64,000 bases of DNA from Cyanobacteria bacterium P01_D01_bin.156 (GCA_039024555.1 JBCCQQ010000030.1:1-64000); one strand, 5' to 3'; shown: positions 1 to 10,400, counted from the first letter of the stretch. Notes: generated by a model from the letters alone, not told the origin. Made by a program: numbers and translations.

Positions 1-63
1 AGACAGCGACTGGTAATAACGCTGCATCTGGACTTCGATTTCAGCAGGATAGGACACGAGCAC

Positions 64-1029
64 TTATTCTCTCAAATTACCTATTTCCCAGGTTACTCTA
101 ACCATAGAAATATGGATACTATAAAATCCTTCTTCCTTAGTCAGATCTTTGGCAATGGTGGCCTTATCCACCGAACCCTTAAACGGCGGATTTGCCAAGA
201 TCAGCGTATAGGCTTCTGCCAAACCCGCATGGTCTTCTGACAGAGAATCCTGCGATTCAATCTTAGGATCCTCAATGCCGTGCAGCATCATGTTCATGCT
301 GCCGATCCGCAGCATCGTGGCATCAAAATCAAACCCATGGAACATATCCGTATTGAAATGCTCCCGGTTCCCCGGCCCATTCAACACCTGATTACCATCG
401 CTGTCCGTCAGCTCCCGAATATACTCCGCTGCTGCCACCAAAAACCCCGCCGTCCCACAGGCCGGATCGCAAATAATTTCACGCGGTCCCGGCTCCATCA
501 GTTCCACCATCATTTTGATAATGTGGCGCGGCGTCCGAAACTGCCCATTCTGACCCGCCTGGCTGAGCTTGCCCAGCATGTACTCATACAAGTCACCCTT
601 CGTATCCCGATCCTCCATCGGGATTTGCTCCAGCTGATCCACTACATTCGCCAACAACGCCGGTGATGCAATCAGAAATACCGCATCCTTCATATGGCGA
701 CCATAGGCCCCTTCCTGACCTGCCTGGCCCAGCTCCTTAATAAACGGAAACGCCTGATCCCGAAACACCCGCAGCATTTCCTCAGAATCCGTCAGATTCT
801 TAAAATATGACCACCGGCAATGCTGCTGCTCTTCAGAAAATAACGGGTTCTTTACCGCCCGACCCAGCCGAGCCGCCTTCTTTTCCTTCACCAGCTCCAG
901 ATCATCCAACCGCTTAATAAACAGCAAATAAGAAATCTGCTCAATCACCGAAATGGGGTTACTGATGCCATTGCTCCAAAAGGTCTCCCACAGCCGGTCA
1001 ACCTTTGACTTTATTTCCCCTGTGATCAT
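64..1029 (-). pseudogene. hsdM: Type I restriction-modification methyltransferase subunit, C-terminally truncated or interrupted near position 136
   Basis: HsdM N-terminus MITGEIKSKVD, GQFRTPRHII, motif I DPACGTAGF and motif IV NPPF are present. Similarity appears to end at AKDLTK; the ORF is 321 aa versus roughly 500 aa for typical HsdM. Confidence 0.85.
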
Positions 1030-1486
1030 GTACAGCGTCCTCTAGATGGTTCGTAACTGCAGGCTGGAGCATTTCATCCTACATATTTCAGCAGAGAATC
1101 ACCAAATCCTTTCTAAAGAAACCTTTGAGACAAGATTTTTAAGTGTGCAAGGAACAAGGATCAGACTTTGGGCGGTACAACCTTAGGGGGCTTAAGTCTG
1201 TGGATAGACGGCTAACTTTTGTAGAAATGTTCCGGAAATACTGCATCGGAGCACGAACCCGATTTTCCACAACCGCTGTGGAATACCCGGCACCAATTGT
1301 ATTAAATACGACTTTTGGCTAGGTGATGTTACCGGGATGGCAAAATTTTTAACGCCAGCGAAAGGGCCGCAAAACTCTGTGATTGCTCGGGAGAACTCAT
1401 CAAATGAGATTGGTACGATCTGAACTATGGGTTGGTAGGTAGCGCCCATTACATACCGACCTCCTGGTCAGTATTTACACAACATT

Positions 1487-2386
1487 ATGAAACAGGTCTC
1501 ATCGCTCATTGGCTCTACCTTAGGTTGCTTGGCGGTCGCCTACACAGCCCATGCTAGTACTCTTCACCAGGGGTGGACCTACAGTATTGACGCATTTGAC
1601 GATGGAGCTGGAGGGTATGGGTATGAAATTAAAGGTCTGGCCACGAAAGAAACCCAGGAGCATATCTACATTTCAGTCAGCGGTGAAAGCCTACTGACGG
1701 GGGTAAGTTCACCTGATGCTGACGATGGCAACATTGGCTGGGGCGATATCTTACTCAACTTTACCGGTCAGGATATGAATGCCGTTAATGGGTCCTTGTT
1801 TGGCATACGCTTTGCTGAAACTAATGATTCTGGAATATCCCAAATTGGAGTTTTTGGAAATGTCACTGCTCGGTCTGTTGCTGAATTTAATTCAGGGTAT
1901 GAGAGCCTAAAACAGTATTATCAAGATGGCTGGGAACGTCCTAACACCATGGGAGACCTAGCCACCACCCAAGATGTCTACGGTTACATGGGTGAGACGG
2001 TACCTGCTCTAATGTCAATCTCAGATGGTACCTTTCTAGGGGAGATTGACTTGCTATCCAACCAAGAGGCTGTTGCGGCTGGCTTGGATTTTGAACAGTT
2101 TAATGCGGCGGATCGTGAAATCCATACGCTACGCTTTGTCCGTAACTTACTGCCAGCTGGAGATTTTATTGCTACGCTGCTGATGGAATGTGCCAACGAT
2201 GGCATTGCGTTGTTAGGCCAACTGAGCGCCCAGGCAAACAAGGCTCAGGATGTACCAGAACCCTCGTCTGTAATTGGTCTGCTGACGGTTAGTCTTTTGG
2301 CAAGCTGGATGCATCGGGGTCGCGATCGCGAATCAGCGACAGAAACACATCTGTCAAATCTGCCCGGTCCTGACGAATCTCTCTAA
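1487..2386 (+). CDS. PEP-CTERM (exosortase-dependent) surface protein
   Basis: Signal peptide ending AHA; C-terminal VPEPSS followed by a hydrophobic helix and basic residues (HRGRDR). Confidence 0.85.
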   Translation: MKQVSSLIGSTLGCLAVAYTAHASTLHQGWTYSIDAFDDGAGGYGYEIKGLATKETQEHIYISVSGESLLTGVSSPDADDGNIGWGDILLNFTGQDMNAVNGSLFGIRFAETNDSGISQIGVFGNVTARSVAEFNSGYESLKQYYQDGWERPNTMGDLATTQDVYGYMGETVPALMSISDGTFLGEIDLLSNQEAVAAGLDFEQFNAADREIHTLRFVRNLLPAGDFIATLLMECANDGIALLGQLSAQANKAQDVPEPSSVIGLLTVSLLASWMHRGRDRESATETHLSNLPGPDESL

Positions 2387-3281
2387 TCGGCAACGGCCGC
2401 AAAATATCCAATAAAGGGTATAAAGCATCTCCTGAAAAATGCACCTGATTCTCTGAGACGCTACCCCCTAGGGCGACAATTTTCTCAGTTCTCTGGATAT
2501 CAATGGACTGAGCACAGTCGATCCGATATAAACTGCCCGAAAACTGTTGAATCAACTTCTGGGTAGACTGCTCCTCAATGATTTGACCTTGGCGGATAAT
2601 GGCGACTCGATCCGATAACTCTTCTGCCACGTCTAACTGGTGGGTAGTGAGCAAAATTGCGCAGCCTCCGCCAGCAATCTCTCGTACCAGTTTTTTGACG
2701 GTTTCACTTGCTTCCACATCCAGACCCAATGTGGGTTCATCCAGCAGTAGCAAGGTGGGCTGATGTACCAGCGCGACGGCAATGGCCAACTTTTGCTGCA
2801 TCCCCCGTGACAACTTTTGCACTGGAGTTTTACGCTTATCAATCAGGCCAAACTGCTCTAGCAGGTCCTCACCCCGCTGCCGGGCCACTCGTCTGGGCAC
2901 CTGGCGTAAACCCCCAAAATATTCAATATTTTCCAACGGCGTCAGCCGCCAATAAAGATTACGGTTGCCTTCTAAAACCGCCCCCACCCGCTTTAGGGCC
3001 ATGGACTGCCGGTGGGGGTCTAAACCATCAATATGCACCTGCCCCGCATCGGGACGTACCAAACCGCCAATCATCTTGATCGTGGTGGTCTTACCAGCAC
3101 CGTTGGGACCTAAAAATGCCAACACTTCCCCAGCTCGGATTTGCAAGGAAACATCCCGCACCGCCTCAAAGCGCTGCTTGCCGCGACCGTAGGACTTTTG
3201 AAGATGCTGAGCATCTAAGGTAATGCCACTGTCCAAGGTTGGCAAACTTGCCGGACCCATCAGCATGGGAAATGTCATCAA
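2289..3281 (-). CDS. ABC-2 type exporter ATP-binding protein with no adjacent permease
   Basis: Walker A GPNGAGKTT, signature LSRGMQQ, Walker B LLLLDEPT; GGAGG RBS upstream. Confidence 0.9.
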   Translation of the reverse strand: MMTFPMLMGPASLPTLDSGITLDAQHLQKSYGRGKQRFEAVRDVSLQIRAGEVLAFLGPNGAGKTTTIKMIGGLVRPDAGQVHIDGLDPHRQSMALKRVGAVLEGNRNLYWRLTPLENIEYFGGLRQVPRRVARQRGEDLLEQFGLIDKRKTPVQKLSRGMQQKLAIAVALVHQPTLLLLDEPTLGLDVEASETVKKLVREIAGGGCAILLTTHQLDVAEELSDRVAIIRQGQIIEEQSTQKLIQQFSGSLYRIDCAQSIDIQRTEKIVALGGSVSENQVHFSGDALYPLLDILRPLPIREIRQDRADLTDVFLSLIRDRDPDASSLPKD

Positions 3282-3380
3282 TGGCCTCCATACACCGTTT
3301 AATCAATGGTTTTGAACTTCACATTGATTAATAAATCTATCGTAACGTGAATGGTAGGCACCGTAGCAAGGGGACACAGT

Positions 3381-3630
3381 ACCGTTGCTGATTTAGAAAT
3401 GGTGCGTAAGATCTTCCAATAGGCAAGCTTGATGAGCTCAAATATATCCGAAGGAGCGGCACGTCCATAAAATAAAAGCTCTGGCAATTTACCAGAGCTA
3501 CAGAGGAGCATATCGCTTCATGAGTGAACTTGACGCCACGGATTCCACAACACAACGCTGTTGTTAATTGAGAGAAAGTAAGACAAGCCGAATTTAACAA
3601 CCTAAGCCATACTCGTAAATCAACAGCGCC
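3381..3630. mobile_element. ~250-bp MITE-like element, long relative of the 91-bp family
   Basis: Ends ACCGTTGCTGATTTA and TAAATCAACAGCGCC form an imperfect inverted repeat; flanks GACACAGT / GACAGTTA look like a degenerate duplication. Confidence 0.55.
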
Positions 3631-3635
3631 GACAG

Positions 3636-3779
3636 TTAGATCCAGCTAGAAGAATAAGGGTCACCCTCATAGGGCTGCACACCACTTGCAGGATAGGCAT
3701 CTTTATTAGGGCCAAAAATACGAGCCATACCGCCAAAAAGATAGTCGAAACTATCTTTCAACCAACTAAAAATATGCAT
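3636..3779 (-). CDS. atpT: Probable AtpTheta, small F0F1 ATP synthase inhibitor (47 aa, absent from ORF track)
   Basis: Manual translation MHIFSWLKDSFDYLFGGMARIFGPNKDAYPASGVQPYEGDPYSSSWI: amphipathic N-terminal helix plus RIFGP..D.YP..GVQP..GDP, a motif recalled for this small cyanobacterial protein family. Confidence 0.75.
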   Translation of the reverse strand: MHIFSWLKDSFDYLFGGMARIFGPNKDAYPASGVQPYEGDPYSSSWI

Positions 3780-4538
3780 CTGCTTCTAGCCTCTATAGCG
3801 TGAATAACTGGGATGGGGAAGTGATACCTACACGATGATAAAAATAAACTGATGGCCCTTGATGAGAGCCATAGCTGACATCAACCTGGAGATATCATTA
3901 ATCTCAATCGCTGATGGAATGAAATTAAACAAGGAGCTGCCTCAAATCTAAGAGAGATAAAATTATTAGTCTTTTTCTCTTTAATATATTTTTGGCTACT
4001 TGTATTCTAGAGCCCTGTTGAACACCAACCTACTTGCAGTAAAGACTTGAAAGTATTGTTCATATTACTTAGTAAGAATGTCTGGAAGTCTCTGTGAGCA
4101 AGTGACACGAAGAGTTTTTTCGAATTTGGGAGAAATTAGAACGGTATACCTCCTAGATGGAAATACTCCTTTGGGTAGAATGTTTATGCTGAACAACAAT
4201 GCTGAAGAACCGCTCTTACAGTCATGGGCAGGTTTGTAATTCCTGACTAACAAGGACGCTTACGGATACGGAACTATCAAAATGCACTTGAAAGATTCCA
4301 GGCTTAAAATTTCTAAATCTACAGGTTTACTTTTAAGTAGATATGGAGCTTTTGTGTGTTGTAACGTATCTAGTCGTCAATAATATGAAAGAGGGATGTT
4401 GCTGCTCCTACGCGTGAGGGCATTTGTGGGATACTACGATGCGTTTTACCCTGTCTCACTCCCTAGGTCAGCAACAGCATAAAAGAACGACAGTCTGTCT
4501 GTTCTATAACCGCCGTCCGTGCATAGGAGAATACCAGC

Positions 4539-5066
4539 ATGTTTCAGCGAATTTTAGTAGCTTTGGACCGGAATCAGAACAGTCGTATTATTCTGGAGGA
4601 GGCAATTGCTCTAGCAAAATCAGGTGAGGCGCAGCTACATTTGGTCACTGTCCTGCTGCCCATGGAGACTAGCTACATTGATCCCATGTATTTCACCATA
4701 GAAGGTACCCATGGGGCCTGGACAGCAGATATGTATCAAAGTCGCATGGTTGCTTGGCGACAGCATCAGCAGGAAATTGATTGCTGGTTGAGTTCTCAAG
4801 TGGACTATGTCCAGCGACAGCGGGTCAGTGCTGACTATAGCTATCCTATAGGGTCTCCAGGAGAAACCCTATGCAAACTGGCGGCCAATTGGAATGCGGA
4901 TTTAATCATGATGGGACGACGCGGTCGCAGTGGCTTTAGCGAACTGTTGTTGGGTAGCGTTAGCAATTATGTCATGCACCATGCGCCCTGTTCTGTGCTT
5001 ACGATCCAAGGCATTTTGCAGCCTGCTATGGCTGCTGGTGCGGCACCGGTAGCAGTCTCCAGATAG
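4539..5066 (+). CDS. Universal stress protein (UspA family)
   Basis: MFQRILVALD start; ADLIMMGRRG...LLGSVSNYVMHHAPCSVL. Confidence 0.92.
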   Translation: MFQRILVALDRNQNSRIILEEAIALAKSGEAQLHLVTVLLPMETSYIDPMYFTIEGTHGAWTADMYQSRMVAWRQHQQEIDCWLSSQVDYVQRQRVSADYSYPIGSPGETLCKLAANWNADLIMMGRRGRSGFSELLLGSVSNYVMHHAPCSVLTIQGILQPAMAAGAAPVAVSR

Positions 5067-5296
5067 CTTGCCAGAATTACATTGCGGCAACGCATGCCTA
5101 AGGGAATCTTGGGGTTTGACTTCCCTAGCCAGGGTTAGCTTTTTGTCATTTGTGGTGCATACGTGTGTTGAAAGCAGTCAATGCTTCGGCACCTACTTGG
5201 GTCGTGCCTGATGGCGGCGATAAGATATCACCCTGGGCAATGCAATTGGTTAAATCCACCGGTACTATGGCTAACGGTGTCGGTGAAGGGTTCAGC

Positions 5297-6814
5297 ATGA
5301 GCGGCAAAGTTTATCTCTTAGGAGCCGGTCCTGGCAATGTAGACTATTTAACAGTGCGGGGACAGCAGCTTTTGCAACAGGCAGATTGCCTGATTTACGA
5401 TGCTTTGGTGGATCTGCGGTTACTTACTTATGTATCGTCCCATTGTGAAGCGATTCAAGTGGGTAAACGGGGTGGGCGGCCCAGTACTCCCCAGGCTGAC
5501 ATCAACCAGCTGCTGGTTCAAAGCTGTCAGCAGGGCAAGCGGGTTGTACGACTAAAAAGTGGCGATCCGTTTGTTTTTGGGCGAGCTGCTGTTGAAATTC
5601 AAGCCCTCAAGGCGGCCCAGTGTGAGTTTGAAGTGGTGCCTGGTGTATCGTCTGCCTTGGCCGCCCCCTTGCTCAGTGCTATTCCTTTAACAGACCCCGT
5701 GCTTAGCCACGGGTTTGGTGTGTTTACGGCCCATAACTTAAATAATCTGGACTGGTCCACCCTGGCAAATTTGGAAACCTTAGTGTTGCTGATGGGGGGG
5801 CGTAACCTGGGAGACATTTGCCAGCAGCTCCAGACCCACGGTCGCCATGGGGATACGCCTGTTGTCATTATTCAATGGGCTAGCCAACCCCAACAGCAGG
5901 TATGGCAGGGCACGCTCCTCAGCATTGCCCAGATAACAAAAGGGCAGCAGCTCTCACCCTGCATTATCGTTATTGGTGAAGTTGTGCGCTTACGAGACTT
6001 TTTAAGTCCTCCAGCTACTGCTATTGCTCAGCCTCCCCTACGCAACACCACAATTTTGGTAACCCGAGCCTCTGGACAGTCCAGTGAGTTTACGCGGTTG
6101 CTCCATGAACAAGGAGCTACGGTTATTGATATGCCTGCTTTGGAGATTCGCCCGCCCTCTAGCTGGGCGGCGGTGGATCAGGCATTAGCCGCATTACAAC
6201 AGGTTGACTGGTTGGTGTTGACGTCTGCCAATGCGGTTAACTGGTTTTTGGACCGGATGATTGAGCAGGAATATGACCTGCGGCAGCTGGCCCACTTAAA
6301 AGTGGCGGTGGTGGGTAAAAAAACGGCTAAGGTGTTGGCGAAACGAGGACTTAATGCCGATTTTATTCCGGAAAACTATGTGGCGGATGCGCTGGTAGAA
6401 AGCTTTCCTGATACGTTAGCGGGGTTAACTATTTTGTTTCCTCGGGTGGAGACAGGGGGGCGAGATGTGCTGGTCCGTGAGTTTTCAAGCCAGGGGGCAA
6501 TGGTGAATGAAGTGGCTGTCTATGAGTCTGGCTGCCCTGAGACAATGGCGGCAGGTGCCGTGGCTGCACTACGCCAGGGACAGGTCAATGTGATCACGTT
6601 TGCCAGTTCTAAAACGGTGCGGCATTTTAAGCAGCTGATGATGGCTGAATTTAAGGAGACTTGGTCAGCGTTGTTAAAAGGAATTGCGATCGCATCCATT
6701 GGTCCCCAAACTACAAAAACCTGCCTGTCTGACCTGGGGCGGATTGATATCGAAGCCACCACCTATACCCTGGATGGTCTCACCGAAGCTCTGATTCAGT
6801 GGGCTCAACCGTGA
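5297..6814 (+). CDS. cobA: Fused uroporphyrinogen-III C-methyltransferase / uroporphyrinogen-III synthase (CobA-HemD)
   Basis: GKVYLLGAGPG, VVRLKSGDPFVFGR, then a HemD domain (ILVTRA...FASSKTV). Start reassigned to ATG 5297. Confidence 0.92.
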   Translation: MSGKVYLLGAGPGNVDYLTVRGQQLLQQADCLIYDALVDLRLLTYVSSHCEAIQVGKRGGRPSTPQADINQLLVQSCQQGKRVVRLKSGDPFVFGRAAVEIQALKAAQCEFEVVPGVSSALAAPLLSAIPLTDPVLSHGFGVFTAHNLNNLDWSTLANLETLVLLMGGRNLGDICQQLQTHGRHGDTPVVIIQWASQPQQQVWQGTLLSIAQITKGQQLSPCIIVIGEVVRLRDFLSPPATAIAQPPLRNTTILVTRASGQSSEFTRLLHEQGATVIDMPALEIRPPSSWAAVDQALAALQQVDWLVLTSANAVNWFLDRMIEQEYDLRQLAHLKVAVVGKKTAKVLAKRGLNADFIPENYVADALVESFPDTLAGLTILFPRVETGGRDVLVREFSSQGAMVNEVAVYESGCPETMAAGAVAALRQGQVNVITFASSKTVRHFKQLMMAEFKETWSALLKGIAIASIGPQTTKTCLSDLGRIDIEATTYTLDGLTEALIQWAQP

Positions 6815-7437
6815 GTGTGCAATCTGACATAACTAATCAACGCATCATCGGACTGACGGGCGGCATCGCCACGGGGAAGTCCACTGTGTCTGATTATTTA
6901 GCCACAACCCACCACCTACCGATTCTCGATGCCGATGTTTACGCCCGCGAAGCCGTCGAGACTGGATCGCCTATTTTGCAAACCCTAGTCCAGCGCTATG
7001 GAGACACAATTCTGCTAGGGGACAGTGCCCTTAATCGCGCCCAGCTAGGCCAAATTATCTTTAACCAACCCACCGAGAGACACTGGGTCGAACAACAGAT
7101 TCACCCCTTTGTGCGTCAGCGCTTTGCCCAAGTGCGTAGTCAGTATCCTACTAGCCAACCCTTGGTGTATGCCATTCCGTTGCTATTTGAAGCGAACCTT
7201 ACCCACTTAGTAAGCGAGATCTGGGTGGTTACTTGCTCTCTCCAACAGCAACTAGAACGGCTGATGGCCCGCAACTCTCTCTCTCAAGCCGATGCCCAAG
7301 CCCGCATTGATAATCAGCTGCCCCTCACTGAAAAAGTTGCAAAAGCTGATCATGTTCTCGATAACTCCAACGATAAGGGACAGCTCTATCAGCAAGTTGA
7401 TCAAATCCTTGAAGATACAGGCACTACACACAGTTAA
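6811..7437 (+). CDS. coaE: Dephospho-CoA kinase
   Basis: IIGLTGGIATGKSTV, DADVYAR, IPLLFE; GTGA overlap with the cobA stop codon. Confidence 0.93.
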   Translation: MSVQSDITNQRIIGLTGGIATGKSTVSDYLATTHHLPILDADVYAREAVETGSPILQTLVQRYGDTILLGDSALNRAQLGQIIFNQPTERHWVEQQIHPFVRQRFAQVRSQYPTSQPLVYAIPLLFEANLTHLVSEIWVVTCSLQQQLERLMARNSLSQADAQARIDNQLPLTEKVAKADHVLDNSNDKGQLYQQVDQILEDTGTTHS

Positions 7438-7638
7438 CCCATCACGAATCACTGCAGCCAAGTTCATATCCAAATGGGGTTTCGCGTAAATCAACCCTAA
7501 GAATCACAAACCAACGTCACAAACCTGTCTCGGTTAGTAACTATTGTTTCAAACTGAGAAGCTATAGCTTTGGGCATACCCACAGTGCGCCCTGGCGTGA
7601 CACCCGTTATTCAACACTGAAGGAAACGCACGATTACT

Positions 7639-7986
7639 ATGACTGACTTTACTGATTTTCTTAAGCACAAACAGGCCTATATCGCTATTGGTGAGTTTAA
7701 GCCCGGTCGTTTTTCTGAAGCTCGTCAACTCTATGAGCAGGCCGTTGCGACCTACAGCGACGGTTTTCAAGGCGCTTACCTGTTTCAAGAACCCGGTAGC
7801 GATCGCGGTATTGCCGTCATCCTTTGGGACAATGTCGATAACATGGAAGCTCACCAAACACTGGCCTATCAAACCCTCGTCAGAGAACTGTCTAGCCTGT
7901 TTGCGGCCCCGCCCAACATCAAATTCTACGAAGTCTGCAGTGAAATTGGCATCATGAGTCAGCTAGCCCACGCCGTTGCCGCGTAA
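7639..7986 (+). CDS. Antibiotic biosynthesis monooxygenase-like (dimeric alpha/beta barrel) protein
   Basis: Size and GFQGAYL...IAVILWD...H pattern. Confidence 0.6.
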   Translation: MTDFTDFLKHKQAYIAIGEFKPGRFSEARQLYEQAVATYSDGFQGAYLFQEPGSDRGIAVILWDNVDNMEAHQTLAYQTLVRELSSLFAAPPNIKFYEVCSEIGIMSQLAHAVAA

Positions 7987-7996
7987 GATACGAAAC

Positions 7997-10096
7997 TTAA
8001 GCAGAGATAGCAGTTCTTAACCGAGGCCCCTGTTTAAGCAACTCTAATTTGTGCATCACCTGTTCCAGATTGTTGAAATCTCCGACGTGGCGCAGGAAAT
8101 CAGCCGCTATTTCTAGGTCAGCCACTGCCTGGTGAATATTGCCCTGTTTTTGATAGGCTATCGCTCGATAACAATAGGGCAGCGCCAGGTTAGGCTGCCG
8201 CTCAATAGCCAAGCTAAACTGCTCCAGTGCACGGGGTAAATTTCCCAACAGCTGTAAGACTTTGCCTTGATAGAAATAGGGAATAGCATTATTGGGCTGA
8301 AGCTCCACCGCTCTTGCTAAATCGCTCAGGGCCCCTTGATAATCTCTCACATCTATTCTCAACACTCCACGGTTACAGTGTGCCTCAAAGAGCCGCACAT
8401 CCAACCGCACTGCTTTATCAAAGTCGTGGAGCGCTTTGGCCACATCTCCCAGATTGACCCAAGTTACCCCTCGCCAGTTATACACCGCCGCACTGGGGCA
8501 AGATCTAATGACCTGGGTAAAATCTTCTACAGCCGCGTCATAGGTAGACGTATCGTAGTGAGTAATCCCTCGATTAAAATAAGCGACCGTATCCCCTGCA
8601 TCAATAATGGGAGTTTCAAACTGTTGAATCAGAGATTGAATCACTTGTGGATCTGTTGTGCGCAACTTGAGATTAACTGTTGGGAACAGACTAATCTGGG
8701 TTGAGAGTGCTTGCATACCTACTAAAGCAGAGTTTGTATCACTGATCGCAAAGTTCTCTGTAGCCCCTAAAATCTTGAACGAAAATAAGTCACCATAGTT
8801 CTGCTTCAATTTCAGCAACTGATTTAATGCCTGTTTGAGGTGATTCTGCTGCTCTTCTACGAGAGCCCAGCGCTGATGGACTGAGCGCAACAGCGCATGA
8901 TTATGGAGATCGCCTCGATGACACCAGCCAATATCCAACCGGCATCCCCGCTGTAGCACTTGACGAAACTGCTTTAGTAGACTGTCGTCCAGAGCCGTGC
9001 CCTCAGACCAAGGCCAAACCAGTACGACTCGTTCACGAGACTGATTTAACAGCTGCTCTAAAGCTCTTCGACTATTGGACTGTTCACCTGGCATAACAAA
9101 ATCCACTAGCCACTGATTATCGTTGTTCTCTTCGTTGTCTTCGGTCGTTACATTTCCAGACTGTAAAGGTTCCAAGGTTTCTGCCACGGCCTCTAGAACG
9201 CTATTTGTCATGGAGCCTACCTGTTCTTCTAACCCTTCAAGTCGCTGTTGCAAATAATCTGTTTTACGAGAGGCTTGGGCATGGAGTTCCTGCAAAATTA
9301 GCTTATCAGCAGTACTTTCCATCAGTTGATTAGATAAGCGTAAGAACTCGTCCGGAGATGCCATATCGGACACTATTTTTACCAGATGCTGGACCTCTTC
9401 CTTAAGCATCGACTGTTGTTCTTCAGTTGTAAGATGCTGGACCTGTTGGCTGAGGTACTTGAGCTGATCATCAAATCCTGCATAGGTATTTTTTGCATTA
9501 GCGCCCAACACATCCAAATGTACCCGCAACTGCATTAGCTCTGTTTCTAGCTTAGATACCATCGTCTCAGTCGATTCAATGCGACTCGTATCCGATAGTT
9601 TCTGACAGCGCGACTTTACATCCTTAAGTTCTATGGTCAGTTCCGTATAGCGCTCCTGCAGTTTCACCAAGGACGTCTGTAAGTCCTCTAAATCTGGAAA
9701 TGCTTGCTCGTCAATTTTTGATACAAGCTTTTTGCGGGTATGCTCGACGAGTTGGGATACGCTCAACAAATCCTGTTTGTTTTGAGCCACAATCGACTGG
9801 CGAATTGTCCTCAAATAGTCATGGGTGGGCAGGTCTTCTACCTGTTCCTTTAAATCGTCCAAGCGGTGATTGATCCCGCCATGCATAGAATGCACTTCCG
9901 ATTGACTTTGCACCAGCTGAGCCTGGAGCTGACGACGACTAATCAGCCCTAGTGCGGCTAATAAGGATAAGGGAGCGGCTGCAAGCAAAGCTTGCTGAGT
10001 GGCCACGGAGGCTATCGCTCCAGCCCCAGACCCTAACAACAAGGCATACTCAGTCCAATCAAACCAACGATCTTTTTTCACAAAGTTTTGCCGCAC
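7997..10096 (-). CDS. Membrane-anchored coiled-coil protein with a PLD-like domain and C-terminal TPR repeats
   Basis: N-terminal hydrophobic hairpin, long coiled coil, C-terminal TPRs (AYFNRG, VYNWRG, AHCNRG). Confidence 0.75.
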   Translation of the reverse strand: MRQNFVKKDRWFDWTEYALLLGSGAGAIASVATQQALLAAAPLSLLAALGLISRRQLQAQLVQSQSEVHSMHGGINHRLDDLKEQVEDLPTHDYLRTIRQSIVAQNKQDLLSVSQLVEHTRKKLVSKIDEQAFPDLEDLQTSLVKLQERYTELTIELKDVKSRCQKLSDTSRIESTETMVSKLETELMQLRVHLDVLGANAKNTYAGFDDQLKYLSQQVQHLTTEEQQSMLKEEVQHLVKIVSDMASPDEFLRLSNQLMESTADKLILQELHAQASRKTDYLQQRLEGLEEQVGSMTNSVLEAVAETLEPLQSGNVTTEDNEENNDNQWLVDFVMPGEQSNSRRALEQLLNQSRERVVLVWPWSEGTALDDSLLKQFRQVLQRGCRLDIGWCHRGDLHNHALLRSVHQRWALVEEQQNHLKQALNQLLKLKQNYGDLFSFKILGATENFAISDTNSALVGMQALSTQISLFPTVNLKLRTTDPQVIQSLIQQFETPIIDAGDTVAYFNRGITHYDTSTYDAAVEDFTQVIRSCPSAAVYNWRGVTWVNLGDVAKALHDFDKAVRLDVRLFEAHCNRGVLRIDVRDYQGALSDLARAVELQPNNAIPYFYQGKVLQLLGNLPRALEQFSLAIERQPNLALPYCYRAIAYQKQGNIHQAVADLEIAADFLRHVGDFNNLEQVMHKLELLKQGPRLRTAISA

Positions 10097-10350
10097 ACAT
10101 TACCAGATGGCAGCTCAGACCCAATGCCTGTAGCCCATCACATCGCTGCTGTCCTAAAGATTTTGGATAACAACCACGATGCATGACCCATGCCAACCAA
10201 ATGCATTCGGTTACATCTGAACTGCTTACTCTCATATTCGTCTTAGACAGCAATCCATCAGGAGGGTCACTGAGTCTTCAAGATCATCAAACATCAGCGA
10301 ATGTTGTATTTACGGTTTACAGCCTAGATGAGGCTAGCCCCCTTGAATGT

Positions 10351-10400
10351 AAAACCATGTGCGGCCCGGAGGATATATCTTCCGGGCCGCACATGGTTTT
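10351..10400. terminator. Long hairpin, probable terminator of the DUF4870 gene
   Basis: 20-bp perfect arms AAAACCATGTGCGGCCCGGA / TCCGGGCCGCACATGGTTTT. Confidence 0.65.

Noticed and set aside
3299..3600. Track ORFs of 70 and 87 aa
   Set aside because: They run across the MITE-like element and show no protein motif.
4078..4239. 53-aa ORF MSGSLCEQV... on the plus strand
   Set aside because: No RBS or recognisable motif; lies in a probable divergent promoter region.
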